From Epiperipatus broadwayi (Eukaryota > Animalia > Onychophora): 64,000 bases of DNA. Of this stretch, positions 36,660 to 49,686 are shown one piece after another. The stretch covers positions 30,504,001-30,568,000 of the forward strand of contig JAQFVV010000001.1 of the NCBI GenBank assembly GCA_028023455.1, read 5' to 3'. The notes beneath the pieces are model-generated. The model ran no database searches. It saw only the letters and a list, made by a program, of their open reading frames with translations, and had not been told where the DNA came from. Each line of letters starts with the position of its first letter. Within the stretch, counting starts at the first letter, position 1. The position numbers and the translations under genes are program-made.

Positions 36660-36912
36660 AGGGATTTGTACTCAGACTTTCAAACTCCCTACAACTATTC
36701 ACTGTATCTTATACGATCAATAGACATGGCCATATATATGTGAAAAAGATAAATGATCTCCAATATATGTATTTTATGCTAAACTAGCACTCATCAATTG
36801 GTCCAGCTTATCATCTCCTACACATATATATTATCAATGCTCAGTTTATATTAAGATAGCAAATCTTCAAACTTTAATGGATTAGCCTCGAATCTGATGG
36901 AATGCTCAAAGT
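36660..36912 (+). mobile_element. Older copy of the short repeat family also present at 48359-48654
   Basis: Aligns with the reverse complement of 48359-48654 (TGCTAAAC.AGCA.TCATCA.TTGGTCCAG, ATTAAGATAGCAAAT, AATCTGATG..GGAA). Confidence 0.7.
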
Positions 36913-38280
36913 CCTTGTTGATATCAATATTATTGTCATAATCACATTGACTTTAAGTCACTCTGACCCCTCATATATAAGAATTTAATATGTCCTTTCA
37001 AATACACAAAGGGATGGGCAGAATACAGGCTGAATCTGTAAGATTTAAATACATGTATATTGTCTATTGTAATAAATTTTGTGTTCCAAAGAGAAAAATC
37101 AATTATACATTATCATAATTTTTTACATCCTGTTTTAAGATCGAATTTGGTACTATTACATATTTGTTGATTCATTGTGAGGACTTTTTAATATAAATAT
37201 ATTGAAGGAGAGAGAGATACAGACAGACAAGCTAAGATGTTAGTGGAGAGGAGGAGAGCACAGTATTGACACATTTTACAGTATTGGCTTTAATTTAATA
37301 CAGTGACTTCCAACTGTAAAATATATTATGACATTGCATTTTGGGAGACTAATTACAAATTATTTCACAAGTATTTTATTGTTATGCAAATTTTTGGAGC
37401 AAATCATATGTTAAATTTTTAAAAAGACCTTGAATTGTAGATTGCTAACTAAGAAATAAGCTAAGAGATGACATTTAACTGATTTGTTTTCGAATTCTAA
37501 CTATAAGTTGGCTTCTAAATACAAATTAACAAAGTCAGCTATGTATAAGAGAAATAAATATTCATTCAATTACATCATAAAATATAATATAACACACAAA
37601 CTCTGATGATAATTTTGCAATATTGTATGAGCATAAACTATTTGACAAACAGGTCAGCTTCTCTTCTTACTCTATTGCATTAGTATAGTATCTCATATGT
37701 TTTATCCTTATAATTACTGTTCTTTTTTTTTTCTACTATCAAGTATGAATTCTAAATAACATTTAATTATAATTCTACTTCTTTTCCAAAAGTCGACATT
37801 TTATCATTAGTCAATATATATATATATATATTCAGAAATTAGTACTTATGAAGTTGTTTGGTAAAAAAAAAGAATACTTGAATTATTTATATATTTTTCC
37901 ACACTATACCAATCATATATATATATTGTACTGCCCGCATTGAGATGGAAACATCTATTTACTTTTAGATTTATTTATTCGATCCCTTTCATTTAGTTAC
38001 TATGTACTATCTTTGAAGGCTGCCGGTCTTTCAGGTGGGTAATAATATCTCTGGTAGCAAGCTACCAATATCATTTCTCGCTAATAAATTATACCACTGG
38101 TCAACCAAGCACTTTATTTATTTTAAGGAAAAACCATTGGGCACCAGTTAATTACAGGAGTAATTAACATGCTTTCTCAATCAGCTATGAATTTAGTACC
38201 TGACCTCCCAGCTAGCTCATTGGACTTTAGCATTTTTAATTATCTGCATTACTAGGAATCTCTATTCCCAATATTTATGT

Positions 38281-38486
38281 CATAAATATTTGACCAGTAG
38301 AACATATCTTCCTTATTAACTCTTATGACATGAATTCCTCCCCTACTTTCAATCTTACTTAACAATTGTTAAAAGATTTATTTCACAAATATTTGACCAA
38401 TAAAATGCACCTATTGATTAACTTTATGACATGAGTCCCTCCTTTACTTTCAATCTTACTTAACATTAATTAAAATATTTATTTCC
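38281..38486 (+). repeat. Diverged tandem duplication (~103-bp unit)
   Basis: CA.AAATATTTGACCA...TATGACATGA.T.CCTCC..TACTTT.CAATCTTACTTAACA starts at 38281 and 38384. Confidence 0.8.
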
Positions 38487-40332
38487 AGCTTTCCTTAAAT
38501 GCTCGTTCTTGCCTTATAATAAATGCATATACACATTATATTAAAGTATACATTTAATATTTTCAAATTACACACATACAATAATAAAATAAATTAAAGC
38601 ACGCATTGTATTATATAATGCACACACATAACTAACAAGGTCTTTGATTTAAAAGTCTTATTATGAAAGCTAAGCTAATGCATTTAGATAAATCATTAAT
38701 AGTTCTATATTTGGCTAAATTTAAGTTCTAGTTCTTTCTTGAAATGTTTATTATTGGAAGACAAAATGAATGTTTACCTAGGATTTGACATGCGAATAAG
38801 GCAACAAAGCTTCTGCTGGTTCTCCTGATTCCAACCGGTTGGGATGTATAGGAATTTACTTGCGGATTTTAACATGGACACTCCGATGCTTTCTAGTTTT
38901 ACACGGACATAGTTTCTTCCTCGAACTGACTGCAGATGTTATTGCAGAGAGGTTCAGACTGGCCACATGATCCGATGGGTTTAGTAGCAAATTCTAGATG
39001 ATATGATGTACATTCTGAGATATCTCAATATATTTAGATGACCTCTGAAGACTCAGTAACTTTAATGATTGTATTTTATGAGTGACTGAATATTAACTGA
39101 ATGATTGAATTGGTTGAATTCAATGAATTGAATGAGTGAATGACTCCTAAACAATACAAAATTTCCCTTTTTATAGCTAGCATTCCTTATCTGAGGATTG
39201 ATCGAGCAACCTGATTCAGTTCTATTTGGCCTTCTTTCCTTTTGTTTACAAGTTCAAACTTCATTCTGGTCTTTCCATTGGTTATTTTATTTCAATGAAA
39301 TAGTAGTCTTAGTTCCTTTGTTTGTTAATTATTTCCATTGTTTTGATTTTAATTTTCAGTTCTGTTATCTACATTGCATTAGCTTTCAAAAAAAATCCCT
39401 TTCTTTTAATTAATTTTATAGACACACACATTCCCTATTATAAGACAAAATGAGCAATTTATTCTATTAATTTAAAACTAACAATGCTAATTGTGTTTTT
39501 TTCTTTAATTTTTATTTATTACCGAAATCTTTCCCTCTCCTCGTTTTTTTTGTTTATTTCCTTTTCTTAAACTTTTTTAAAAATCTTTCTGAAATTTAAA
39601 CTTAACTTTTTTAAAAAAAATAACATTTTTTTTTTAAATTTTCTTTCAATAAAATTCCTCTCATTAACTATTAGAAATATGTACTGACTTACATGGGTAC
39701 AATATATAATCACTTAAAGCATCAGTTTCTGACATTCAAAATTTTAATCTTTTATTAAGCTTATTTTAATTGAAATTTGTCTTCTTCAAAGTTTGCATTA
39801 GATCTTTTGAATCATGTTTTCTTTTATTATTCAGTATTAGTATACTTTTTATTTTCAACAACATTTATAAAAATTATTTTTACAATCACTAAACCGTTTT
39901 TGAATAGTCTTCTCTCAAGTGTAATCTCACAACAGTTGCATGATTTACATTAAATTCAGTTCTAGCCAAATAATTTTGAGTATTATTTTATTAGAAATTT
40001 GTATTTTAAGTATTGTATGAAAGTTAGTTTCCTATATAGATTCATCTAGACACATTTCCGGTATATAACATTGAAATAATATAATAATTGCAATAATATC
40101 TGTTATTTATTATGATTCATAATGTTCAAAGTTTTGTTTTTACATTATGTATCTCTTTGTATAATCGTGCATAATTTTACTTCAAAGAAACAATAAATTT
40201 GTTCTAATAATATTCTGCAGTTAATTCATACAAAATAATAATTTCATTAAAATTTATTAAATGCTTTTATGTTAACTTGTCTTGTCTGTATTTCTGTCAG
40301 AATGTCCAAATTTTTAACAATCAAAAAATATT

Positions 40333-40404
40333 AGGTCTCATTTAGAATCAAACCTACATCCTTACACATGCCAAGAAAATTCTATAACAACTGAGCCAAT
40401 GGCA
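40333..40404 (-). other. Highly degenerate tRNA-like or SINE-head remnant
   Basis: Reverse complement has A-box-like TGGCTCAGTTG and B-box-like GGTTTGATTC at tRNA spacing; cloverleaf not intact. Confidence 0.3.
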
Positions 40405-41959
40405 ATATTACATTTATAGATTAAAATTTTGTTAATATTGAATTACTTAATTAAAAGTAAATATTTTGTGGAAAAAATAATAAATGTTTTAAAAAATGTT
40501 AGATAATTATGGTTTTTTTTTTTTTCATTTCCAAAATATCAAATTGAATACAATTGTCAAAATTGTTGACAGCAGGATGATCTCTTGTGGAAAGAACAAG
40601 AAACCTAATAAAAAAAGACTAATGAAGAAAATTAACTTATTTAAATTGAAATTAATGGGAATTTGAACCCAGACTTTCAAGCTCCATACAATTAAAATCA
40701 AAAAATTTTCAATTCTACACTAAAAGTTTATTTTTCAAAAAAATAAATGTAGTGGCAATTGTAATACACAGTTCTTTCAAACACTTGATGTAATGAATAT
40801 GATAAATCAACATCATATCTATAATACTTTTGAAGTAGTTAATTTATCCATAAGCTGACACTAATCTGCATTGCAACCTAAATCAAAAACCATGATTTTA
40901 TAATAAAAGTCCATTTTCAAAAAAGATTATTGAAAAAAGATATGGTGGCAATATTAATGTCCAAGTATAGTTGTGAATGCCATTTGATTTAATGCAACAT
41001 GATAAACTATAATATCCACAACTTTTTATGAATAAATTTAATATATCTGATTTATCTGTAAGATTTTAGGAATATGTATTGATTTGTAACTGTATAGCAG
41101 TCAAAATTAAAAACTTTGTGATTCTATACTAAAAATTTATTTTCAAAAAAAAAAACATGGTGACAGTTTTAATGACTATGGAAAATTATTACTAATTCAA
41201 TCTATGAAAACATATTCTCAGAATATAGTTCCTCTTTCATGAAAAACTTGAATTGTTAAAAAATCATGAGATTTTATTTATTATTTATTCTCATTTGTGT
41301 ACAAAATATAAAAGTCAAAAATTTGCAATTTTATACCAAATGTTTATTATCAAAGTGTTAACAAAAAAAGAATTTCTGTGAAGCTGTTTATTTAGCTTTA
41401 GACAATATTTTTTAAAAAGCAGATGCTTCAATTTTTTGTCTCTTAGTGATGCAAAATGTCTTTGTAATTAAATAAATTTAAAAATATAATAGATTTAAAT
41501 GTGTTTTTATTTAATTATTTTTTTAAAGCAATACAAGGATTCACTAATAATTTTTTTAAAAAAACTGTTTCTTTTATAATGTGCTTTTTATTACTGTTCA
41601 TTATGCTGTCATTTACCAATTGTAATTTTTTTTTTCAATAAAATACATATAAATAATAAATATATTTTTATTAAATTAATTGTTTAATGAATATTCATTA
41701 ATAAATTACATTTAAGTCATTATAATATATTATTTAATTTTTATATATTTTTCATTTTACTATTGTAATATATTTGAAAGACTTAGTTTACTTTCCAAAA
41801 TTTTCTGAACACTTTTGATTTTGAATCAACAGTCTCAAAATAACAGGAACTTGCTTGTATGTGTATGTTAATATTCATATATATATTTAATGTTTTCATA
41901 GTTATATGATGTAGATAAAATAATATTGTTGTGTACAAACTGTGCATTATTTTGCATTA

Positions 41960-42402
41960 CAATCCGATATTTTAATGGACTAGCAACCACCATTATCAAG
42001 GTTAACTTTTGAAAGAACAATCGTTAGATCTCAAACAATAATGTGACTCAGTGGGAGATCAGAAGTGAGATTCAACTTGGAAGTAGTCCAGCATTCACAA
42101 TATGAGGCTTATCAAAAGGTTTATTTCTCTCAGTTTTTTCACCTATTAATTTCAAGTTTATATTAGATAAAGTGAGAGGTTTCCACATAACTGGAATGCC
42201 CTATTTAAACAGTAGCTCTCTTTAATATTTCAGTTGACTCTCTCATGGTTCGTAAATCATATCTTTCCAAATTAGCAAGTATTTTTGTATTATCAAAATC
42301 AGGTTTGTGACCAATTTCTAAAAAATGGGAAGTAAAAACTGATGTGCTAATTTTTTTGATTAAAAGCATTTCTGTGTGTATATATATACACTTTTGTTTC
42401 AT
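41960..42402 (-). mobile_element. Old Penelope-like element 3' fragment (GIY-YIG C-terminus plus pseudo-LTR)
   Basis: ORF 42205-42402 reads STSVFTSHFLEIGHKPDFDNTKILANLERYDLRTMRESTEILK (PLE endonuclease tail). A decayed hammerhead motif lies downstream at 41964-42001. Confidence 0.75.
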
Positions 42403-43714
42403 GCTGTACTAACTTTGTGAAATATATAAGAACTAAAAATATTTGAATTAATTACCAATTGAAGAAAATGAAAAATAGAGAAAGAACTGAATAGTTTTAG
42501 CATTTGACTATACAAAAATCAAATAAACATTATGTTCATTCTCACCCATTTTTGCTAGACTGTAGTTTATATATATGTACTCTACTTTCCCAGACGAAAT
42601 GTAATATGATTGATCAATATATAATCAAGCACCAAACAAAAAAATCTATGTGACCACTTTCATGAATTTTTTTTCAGATGCATTGCTTTCGAAGTATGCA
42701 CAATGTTAAGACTGAATATTTCTGTTTGCTACATGTTGAATAAAGAGACATTTTTTTATAAACAATTTTTTTTTTAAGAAAAAACTCATTTTGGTAAGCC
42801 TAAAAAAAATATTTTTATGTGTGAATATAGATGAGCAAGAAAAATACAAAATTTGTTGGAAATGAATAAAATTTAAACCCAGTATAAGAGTTAAAATGTT
42901 AAATGTTTTAGTCTTTTTTTAAAAAAAAATTCTTTGTTTATACATATATCTTTAGAATCATCTTATTAAATATATATTAACTACTTATTTTAAAAAGGTT
43001 AAAATTTTCTAGCTCTTCATTGTTTAAAAAGCTTAGGATGCAGAAGTTTAAGTGGTCCTTGACTTATTGAAGAGCCCTCTAGAGGATTTCTGCATGTACA
43101 TTTTAGTTTCTTGTCAATGGAACAAACATTTTTGAAAGCCTTAAGGAAGGTCCATAGGGACATTTACATGCATCAGACGATAAGTCTGAAAGTGCTAAAG
43201 ATGCTTCACAGTCAACAGTCCTCCAACAAGCTGACCCTGGGGATAAATTCACACATTTCTAAGCCTATGCATCTTAAAGACAAACATTACTTTCTTGACA
43301 ATACTAATATTGTCTACTCATTCTTAAGCATATTAAATGACTTCTTTTATATATATATATCCATTCTCTTGAAATTTTTGTTTGAAAAGTAAGTCATTAG
43401 ATTAAAAACTACTCTTGTTTCTTTTGAAAGAAAAAAAGTCTTTATCTGTGAAAACAGTCTAGGAAAATATTTTTAATGCTTGTATTATTATTTTGATATG
43501 CTGATATATGTAAACGCAAGAAATGTTTGTGTATGAATATGCATTTGCTGTGTATGTGCACATGTAAACGAACACATAAGCATTGTCTTTTCATACTATA
43601 TAACCGTCGTTGCTGGTGATTAATAAATGGCGCGTAATATTTTTGATATTATATTTTAAATTTTTATTCTATCTAAATAAAGGAAAACTATTATTTTTCA
43701 GTCTTCTGATACAG

Positions 43715-43788
43715 ATCTCAGCTTTTGTGTTTGTATAGTATATAACCATATATCTCAGCTTTTGTGTTTGTATAGTATATAACCATAT
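43715..43788 (+). repeat. Perfect 37-bp tandem duplication
   Basis: ATCTCAGCTTTTGTGTTTGTATAGTATATAACCATAT twice in tandem. Confidence 0.95.
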
Positions 43789-44621
43789 ATTTAAACAAAT
43801 GAAATAATGTTTGAATTAATGATTAATTGTTTTTAACCATAGGTAAATCTGAGTTTGTCCAAATACTATTTATATGTATTAAAACATTTTTTTTTATTAT
43901 AAACTATAATAAAAACTCTACTAATGTTATTTTGAATTACATCACAGTCGTTAATCTTATTAAAACACTCTTATTGTGCCAAAGCTGAAGTTAAGATTTT
44001 TAACCATTAATATATAATAAGTAAATATTATGAAATGAACCAATTAAAGATATCATTGCAACCTGCATTTGTGGTGAAATTCCAAATACAATACATACTT
44101 ATTATTGTAATGACCTATATCGCATGCATAGAACGTCATGATTCTAAAAGTAAAATAAAAGCAGCATGGCTTATAACTAACAACTCCCATTCTATAAACC
44201 GGAAGGCAGCATTATTCTCTCTCTCCAAAAAATGTACTTTCTAATAATTTGTTTCTATGTTCATTGGTGGAATTATTTTAACAGGAGTTTTTTATTTTGT
44301 CATATAAGAACGTTGATAATACAAGTAAAATATGGGTAGTTCCAAGGTCTTGCTTCCAGTAACTTTCCTGGATTTCAAAAACAAATTTTATCCAAACTCT
44401 GTTAAGATAATATATATATATAGGAGATAACTCACTCTAATTAGACATTTTAATTTTTATGTATTTATTAAGTTGTTTGTTTGTTTTTTTAAAAAAAATG
44501 CAAATGTGTGTCCAACTAATTTACTGTATTGTAAAAAATTAAAGATGATCACTTTTGAAAATTTGTTTAGATTTTGTGTAGTAGGTTTTCAGATTATTTT
44601 ATTTATATCTAATGATTCATT

Positions 44622-45283
44622 TAAAGTTGTAATTATAAATTTATTAAACGCACATTGATTACGTAAGTAATATTTACTGAGGCTATGACCTCGATAATAT
44701 GCGTATAAAATGCGATAGTAGGGACCTCTACAAGTGTTTTAACCACAAGCTTACGCTATGGAAGAAAAGAGGGTAACCGCTTCAGCTTCACCTATTTAAA
44801 TAGAAAGTAGGTTGAAGTAAAGAAGGGTTCCCCTCTTTTCTTCCATATCGTAAGCTTGTGGTTAAAACACCTGTAGAGTTCCCTACTATCGCATTTTATA
44901 CGCATATTATCGAGGTTATAGCCTCAGTAAATATTATTTACGTAATCAATGTGCGTTTAATAAATTTATAATTACAACTTTAAATTACTGTAATGGATTT
45001 CTAAATATAAAATCTTTCCATTGACTTGTTGTAAATCGAAAGATTTCGCGAGTATTAATGTGTAATAAGAAATGTGGACTTAATCAGTGAAGTATTGAAT
45101 AGCTTCACGCTCGCAGATCTAACCGCTTCAGCTTCACCTATTTAAATAGAAAGTAGGTTGAAGTAAAGAAGGGTTCTCCTCTTTTCTTCCATAGCGTAAG
45201 CTTGTGGTTAAAACACCTGTAGAGGTCCCTACTATTGCATTTTATACGCATATTATCGAGGTTATAGCCTCAGTAAATATTAC
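44622..45283 (+). mobile_element. Unclassified young non-coding insertion with inverted and direct internal repeats and a 12-bp TSD
   Basis: TSD TAATGATTCATT at 44610-44621 and 45284-45295. 160-bp inverted arms at 44619-44778 and 44826-44985. Direct repeat 44774-44936 / 45120-45283 (period 346). Confidence 0.8.
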
Positions 45284-46699
45284 TAATGATTCATTGTAAT
45301 TTATAGAAAAAATTTAGCAAAATATATGTAAATCAGTTTAATAAATGACAGCTATCAAAATGTATTGTCACTTGTGACTGGTTTTATTAATTATATGTTA
45401 CAGAATAGTTTTACAAATTTTTACTGATAATTTAAAGTTGTAATTATAAATTTATTTATTGCCTTAGTAAATTTTTACTTATTAAATATGAAGTTACGAT
45501 CTATTTAAATGAGTTGGTTTTATTGTATAGTTTATATATATAATCATTTACAATCCTATTAGCTCGTAATTTTGCCCATTACAATTGTTTTATTGAAGTT
45601 GATTTGTTAGTCTGTTTTTAATTTATTATTTCCTTTATACTTTTTTTTTAAATAGTTTCTAGTTAGTCCTATATTCATTTGAATATATTCAAACACAAGG
45701 GGGGGGGGGGGGGGGGGGGGGGGTGATAAGTGTTTGGGCCAAGCTAAAAAATAAATTAAAGCGGAAGGAATATCCATCCTCAAAATTTTTAAATTAAAAA
45801 AATAAGAGAATGGGGTATGAGATATAAAAAATAATCTTTATTTTTTTTTTTATTTATTATTTTTCCCCCAAAAACTATTTTTTATAATTTTATATAGCAA
45901 TACCAATAATAGGGAGGGCGGGAGAAGATCCATCCCCCCCATAAAAGTTTTTGGGAGAAGAGGGGGGGAGGAAAGAAAATTGCAGAGTAAAAAATATTTA
46001 TATTTCCAATAAATAATTTATATTAATTTTTATTTTTGTTTGGGTTTGTTTTTTGTAATTGTATGATCCACCCCCCCCACCCCTCCCCAGAGAGAGGAAA
46101 CCCCAACCCTAGGGGGGGGGGGGGGGGGGGGGGTGACCAAAAAAATTAATGAATTGGTTCGGCCCAAGCATTTATCATAAAGCTTGTAGAGGAATTGGCA
46201 ATCCTCACTGTTTATATTTTACAAATGCTTGAATTTTTTTGAAACAAATTGTAGTTCTTTACTTTTAGAAAATTTGAAAGAGATTTTGTTATAAAGATGA
46301 AAAAGTATTTAATGATATATTTCTGTTAAATTCTGGAATAGGAAATTATTTCCGTTGCACTTTTGTTTTAGAAAATTTTATGATTTTTTTTTTCTGAAAA
46401 TAAATATGCTATCGTTACTTATATATACATATCACTTGTAAATGAATATAACCATTCCAACTCTAAGAAAAGAAAAGAAGCAATGGTTATACAAACTAAT
46501 CTGTGGACCACAAGTATATTCACATATAGAACATACTTATCTGTTTTTCTGATTGATATCTTGCAAGGCTGTCTTAATTTATTATTCAGAAGTAAGAATT
46601 GGATCTCTTATTCATTTAATATAAAGAACATTAGAAAAGTTTCATTTATGCATGTTCCATAAAATTTGAAAAATACAATAGCAAGCTCATAAAACCAGT

Positions 46700-46990
46700 A
46701 ATGTATTCTTGAGTTTGTTGTATATGATACTATAGAGTCCACTCTTGTAAAATTACACCTTTGTTGGATTGGTTATGTAAAACGAATGAACAATGCAAGA
46801 TTTTCTAAAAGAGTGTTTATGGTAAATATGAGAATGGTTTTTATGGAAGAAGTAGATAACATCTACATTATAAAGATTATCTCAAAGATCTTGTAAAGAG
46901 TGCAATATTCATTGTTTTCATTGGGAAAATATTGCTGAGAATAGAACATAGAGAGTTACAATTAGACATGGTATTGAAGTATTCAAAAAC
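46700..46990 (+). mobile_element. Decayed RTE/BovB-like LINE 3' fragment
   Basis: LHLCWIGYVKRMNNARFSKRVF, HYKDYLKDLV, FHWENIAENRT*RVTIRHGIEVF resemble the RTE C-terminal pattern LRW.GH..RM...R.PK...W...A.DR..WR. Confidence 0.6.
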
Positions 46991-48318
46991 AAAAGGTTTT
47001 TGCTAAAGAAATTAAAAGATATTATCTTTGCTTATAGCTAATCATTTTTAAAATGTTATCTATTTCAAATACCCATATGTTAATAGTGATTTATTTTAAT
47101 TTATTATATGTGATGCAGTACCATGGTAGAGTATAACAGTATGAAGCTCATTGCTTGTAGATCATAGCTTATGAATTTCTGAACAATAAACTGTTTGATT
47201 TATTTATTTTTATTATAATATATTGTACTGATATAGATGTTAGGGATATGTAGACTATTAATGAAAGAAATCATCCTCAAAATGACATAAATAACAGCAT
47301 GACCAAAAATAAGCATTGGAATCCATTATAATTAATATCTTAGTTATAAGTATGTAATATATTACATCGACAACTAATTATCAAGAGTCATTTGTCATTT
47401 TTTGTGACTGAATATAAAAGACATGCACTATAAAAACAGGCTAATCATTACTTAGCCAATACCAAACTTAAGCCCTATAAAAGTAATCATCAAAATTTCA
47501 TTTTAATCTGTTCACTGGTGAAGTGGCCATATTGAATATTGAAAAAATTATGTTAAACCACAAATTTTATTATAATATATATTTGTATTAATAAAAAATA
47601 ACATAATATATATTATTTGAAATATGAAACATCAATAATGAAGCTGAAAAAAATAGTCATTGATATTCAAAGTAATAAAAAAAGAATACAAGTTCATATT
47701 TCTAATAATTATTTTCATATTATTTCATAAATTCAAAATTATCATGCATACAACTTAAAATTATATTTTTGTTAGTAGGTTAATTGGATTCATCATAAAA
47801 TTTCTCAAAAATTGATATATAATAACACTTACCTAAGGTAATCCATCACTTGAAAACTTGATAGAATAAAGACATTAGTCCTTTCATTTTCCCTAGTAGC
47901 CCTCCAAAATGTATTTCCATACAGGGGTTTGCAATGAATGTGTTATCCCTAATAACATTGATCAATAACTAATATAATTTGAATATTATAATAAAGAACT
48001 TCAATACAGTTTATAATTTATTAAAAAGTATTACTAAAATATTCACTATATACAAAATAATATCAAAAGTGAATGCTTGAGGTACATAAGTTCGTAGTTT
48101 AGAGTCAGTATGATGTAGTATTATTTATCTTATCTATATAGATTTTGAGGGCTCATATTGCTTCATGCTACTATGAACATAAATTTAGTAATTAGCTTCA
48201 TCAACTGCCATTTCTCTTTGCATTCGATATGCAGCTTTGAAATTTACATTGTAGTGGTCTATAATCGGCCTAAGTTTATACATATATAGTGTCAAAATCT
48301 TTACTTTTAGCATTTGCA

Positions 48319-48358
<40 letters not shown>
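48319..48358 (+). repeat. (ATT)n microsatellite, ~13 units
   Basis: Read directly from the sequence. Confidence 0.98.
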
Positions 48359-48654
48359 TGAACGTTCCATCATCAGATTTTCAATTGGATGGACGGTTGA
48401 AGAGTTGGAGTGTGGAGTAGGCTGAAGCTGTCCATTAAAGTAGGAGAATTTGCTATCTTAATATATATCTGAGCACTTGTAGCATATATGTGTAGAGATG
48501 GTAATCTGGACCAACTGATGATTGCTGGTTTAGCATGAAATACGTATATTGGTGATTATTTATCTTTTCAACATATGTGTGTTCAGGTGTATCAGTGTTA
48601 TGAGATAGTGTGGAGAGTGGTGGGTCATGTGAAAGTCTGTGCTCATACCCTGTC
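48359..48654 (-). mobile_element. ~296-bp retroposon-like fragment between two (ATT)n tracts, possibly a PLE 3' end
   Basis: GC-richer segment with a homolog at 36660-36912. Minus strand ends CTGATGATGGAACGTTCAAA followed by (AAT)n. Confidence 0.55.

Positions 48655-48725
<71 letters not shown>
48655..48725 (+). repeat. (TAT)n microsatellite, ~23 units
   Basis: Read directly; it produces the poly-Ile and poly-Asn spurious ORFs in the ORF track. Confidence 0.98.
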
Positions 48726-48726
<1 letters not shown>

Positions 48727-48905
48727 AATGCAGAGAAGACATTATAGAAAAATCTAAATTGGGTCATAATATTTGCAAAATATTTTTAACTTTGTCTCAT
48801 ATAACCTAATTCAAATATTGGACCCAAGCTCATGATAGCAAAAAATGCAGATAATTCACGATATACATTTATACAATCACAATCTATTTTTTGATTAGCA
48901 TATAT

Positions 48906-49304
48906 CAGGGGTTCCCAACCCTATGCCCATGGGCACCATGGTGCCCGCAGATTATTTTACGTGTGCCCGCCGCTATTCGAACACAATAAAAAATTATTTA
49001 TCTGATACAAATAAATTTAATTTTTAAAACTTCTTATAAATTATTGTATTATATTGTAATCAAATTGTAGGGCATACTATACTTTTACAGTGTAAAAATA
49101 TAAACATTAATTATATGTTAAAATTTTATTTTTGAAATGAATATTTTTTTGTACATTATGTGTATTATTAACAAGATCCAACTATAAATTTACATTGAAA
49201 AAATAAATGATGCCCGCCACCTGGTTGAAAAAATAAATGGGGCGTTCGCCACCTGGCCGATATTATAGAATGTGCTCTTAAGTGCAAAAGGTTGGGGACC
49301 CCTA
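48906..49304. mobile_element. hAT-family MITE, copy 1
   Basis: TIRs CAGGGGTTCCCAACCCT ... AGGTTGGGGACCCCTA; perfect 8-bp TSD GCATATAT (48898-48905, 49305-49312); homologous over its length to 56880-57270. Confidence 0.92.
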
Positions 49305-49686
49305 GCATATATGTTACTTTCAATAATAATTTTTTCGTATATTTTTTATCAAATATAAATTCAAATAATAATTAATATATATATATATATAATAATTATA
49401 GAATATATAAAAGTAAAGACTTACCATAGGCCCTCAATAACATCTTCAAAGTACATCATAAAAAAATGTATTTTTTCCGATGTACTTTTTACGATGCTTG
49501 TTATTTCCTTGATATTAATTTTAGTCCCTGAAATCGTCATCTTGTATTTTTAAACAAATTATAAATTTTATAATTGTTAGTGCATATTATGTTTGCATGC
49601 AATTAGTATAACAAGATATATATTGTTAGAAAGAGCAAATATGAAAGAATGTAATAAAGCTGATAAAATACTCATTACTGCAAAAA

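Noticed and set aside
38760-39200. Possible LTR remnant (TGAAT-rich repeats, CTTTTATAG, nearby polypurine tract on the minus strand)
   Set aside because: No matching second LTR, TSD or coding motif could be fixed.
44670-44712. CTGAGG-CTATGA-CCTC-GATA...GCGTA in the inverted arms as a hammerhead
   Set aside because: It lacks a full CUGANGA core and GAAA; several simultaneous changes would have to be assumed.
48185-48757. Poly-Asn and poly-Ile ORFs in the ORF track
   Set aside because: They are translations of the (ATT)n microsatellites.
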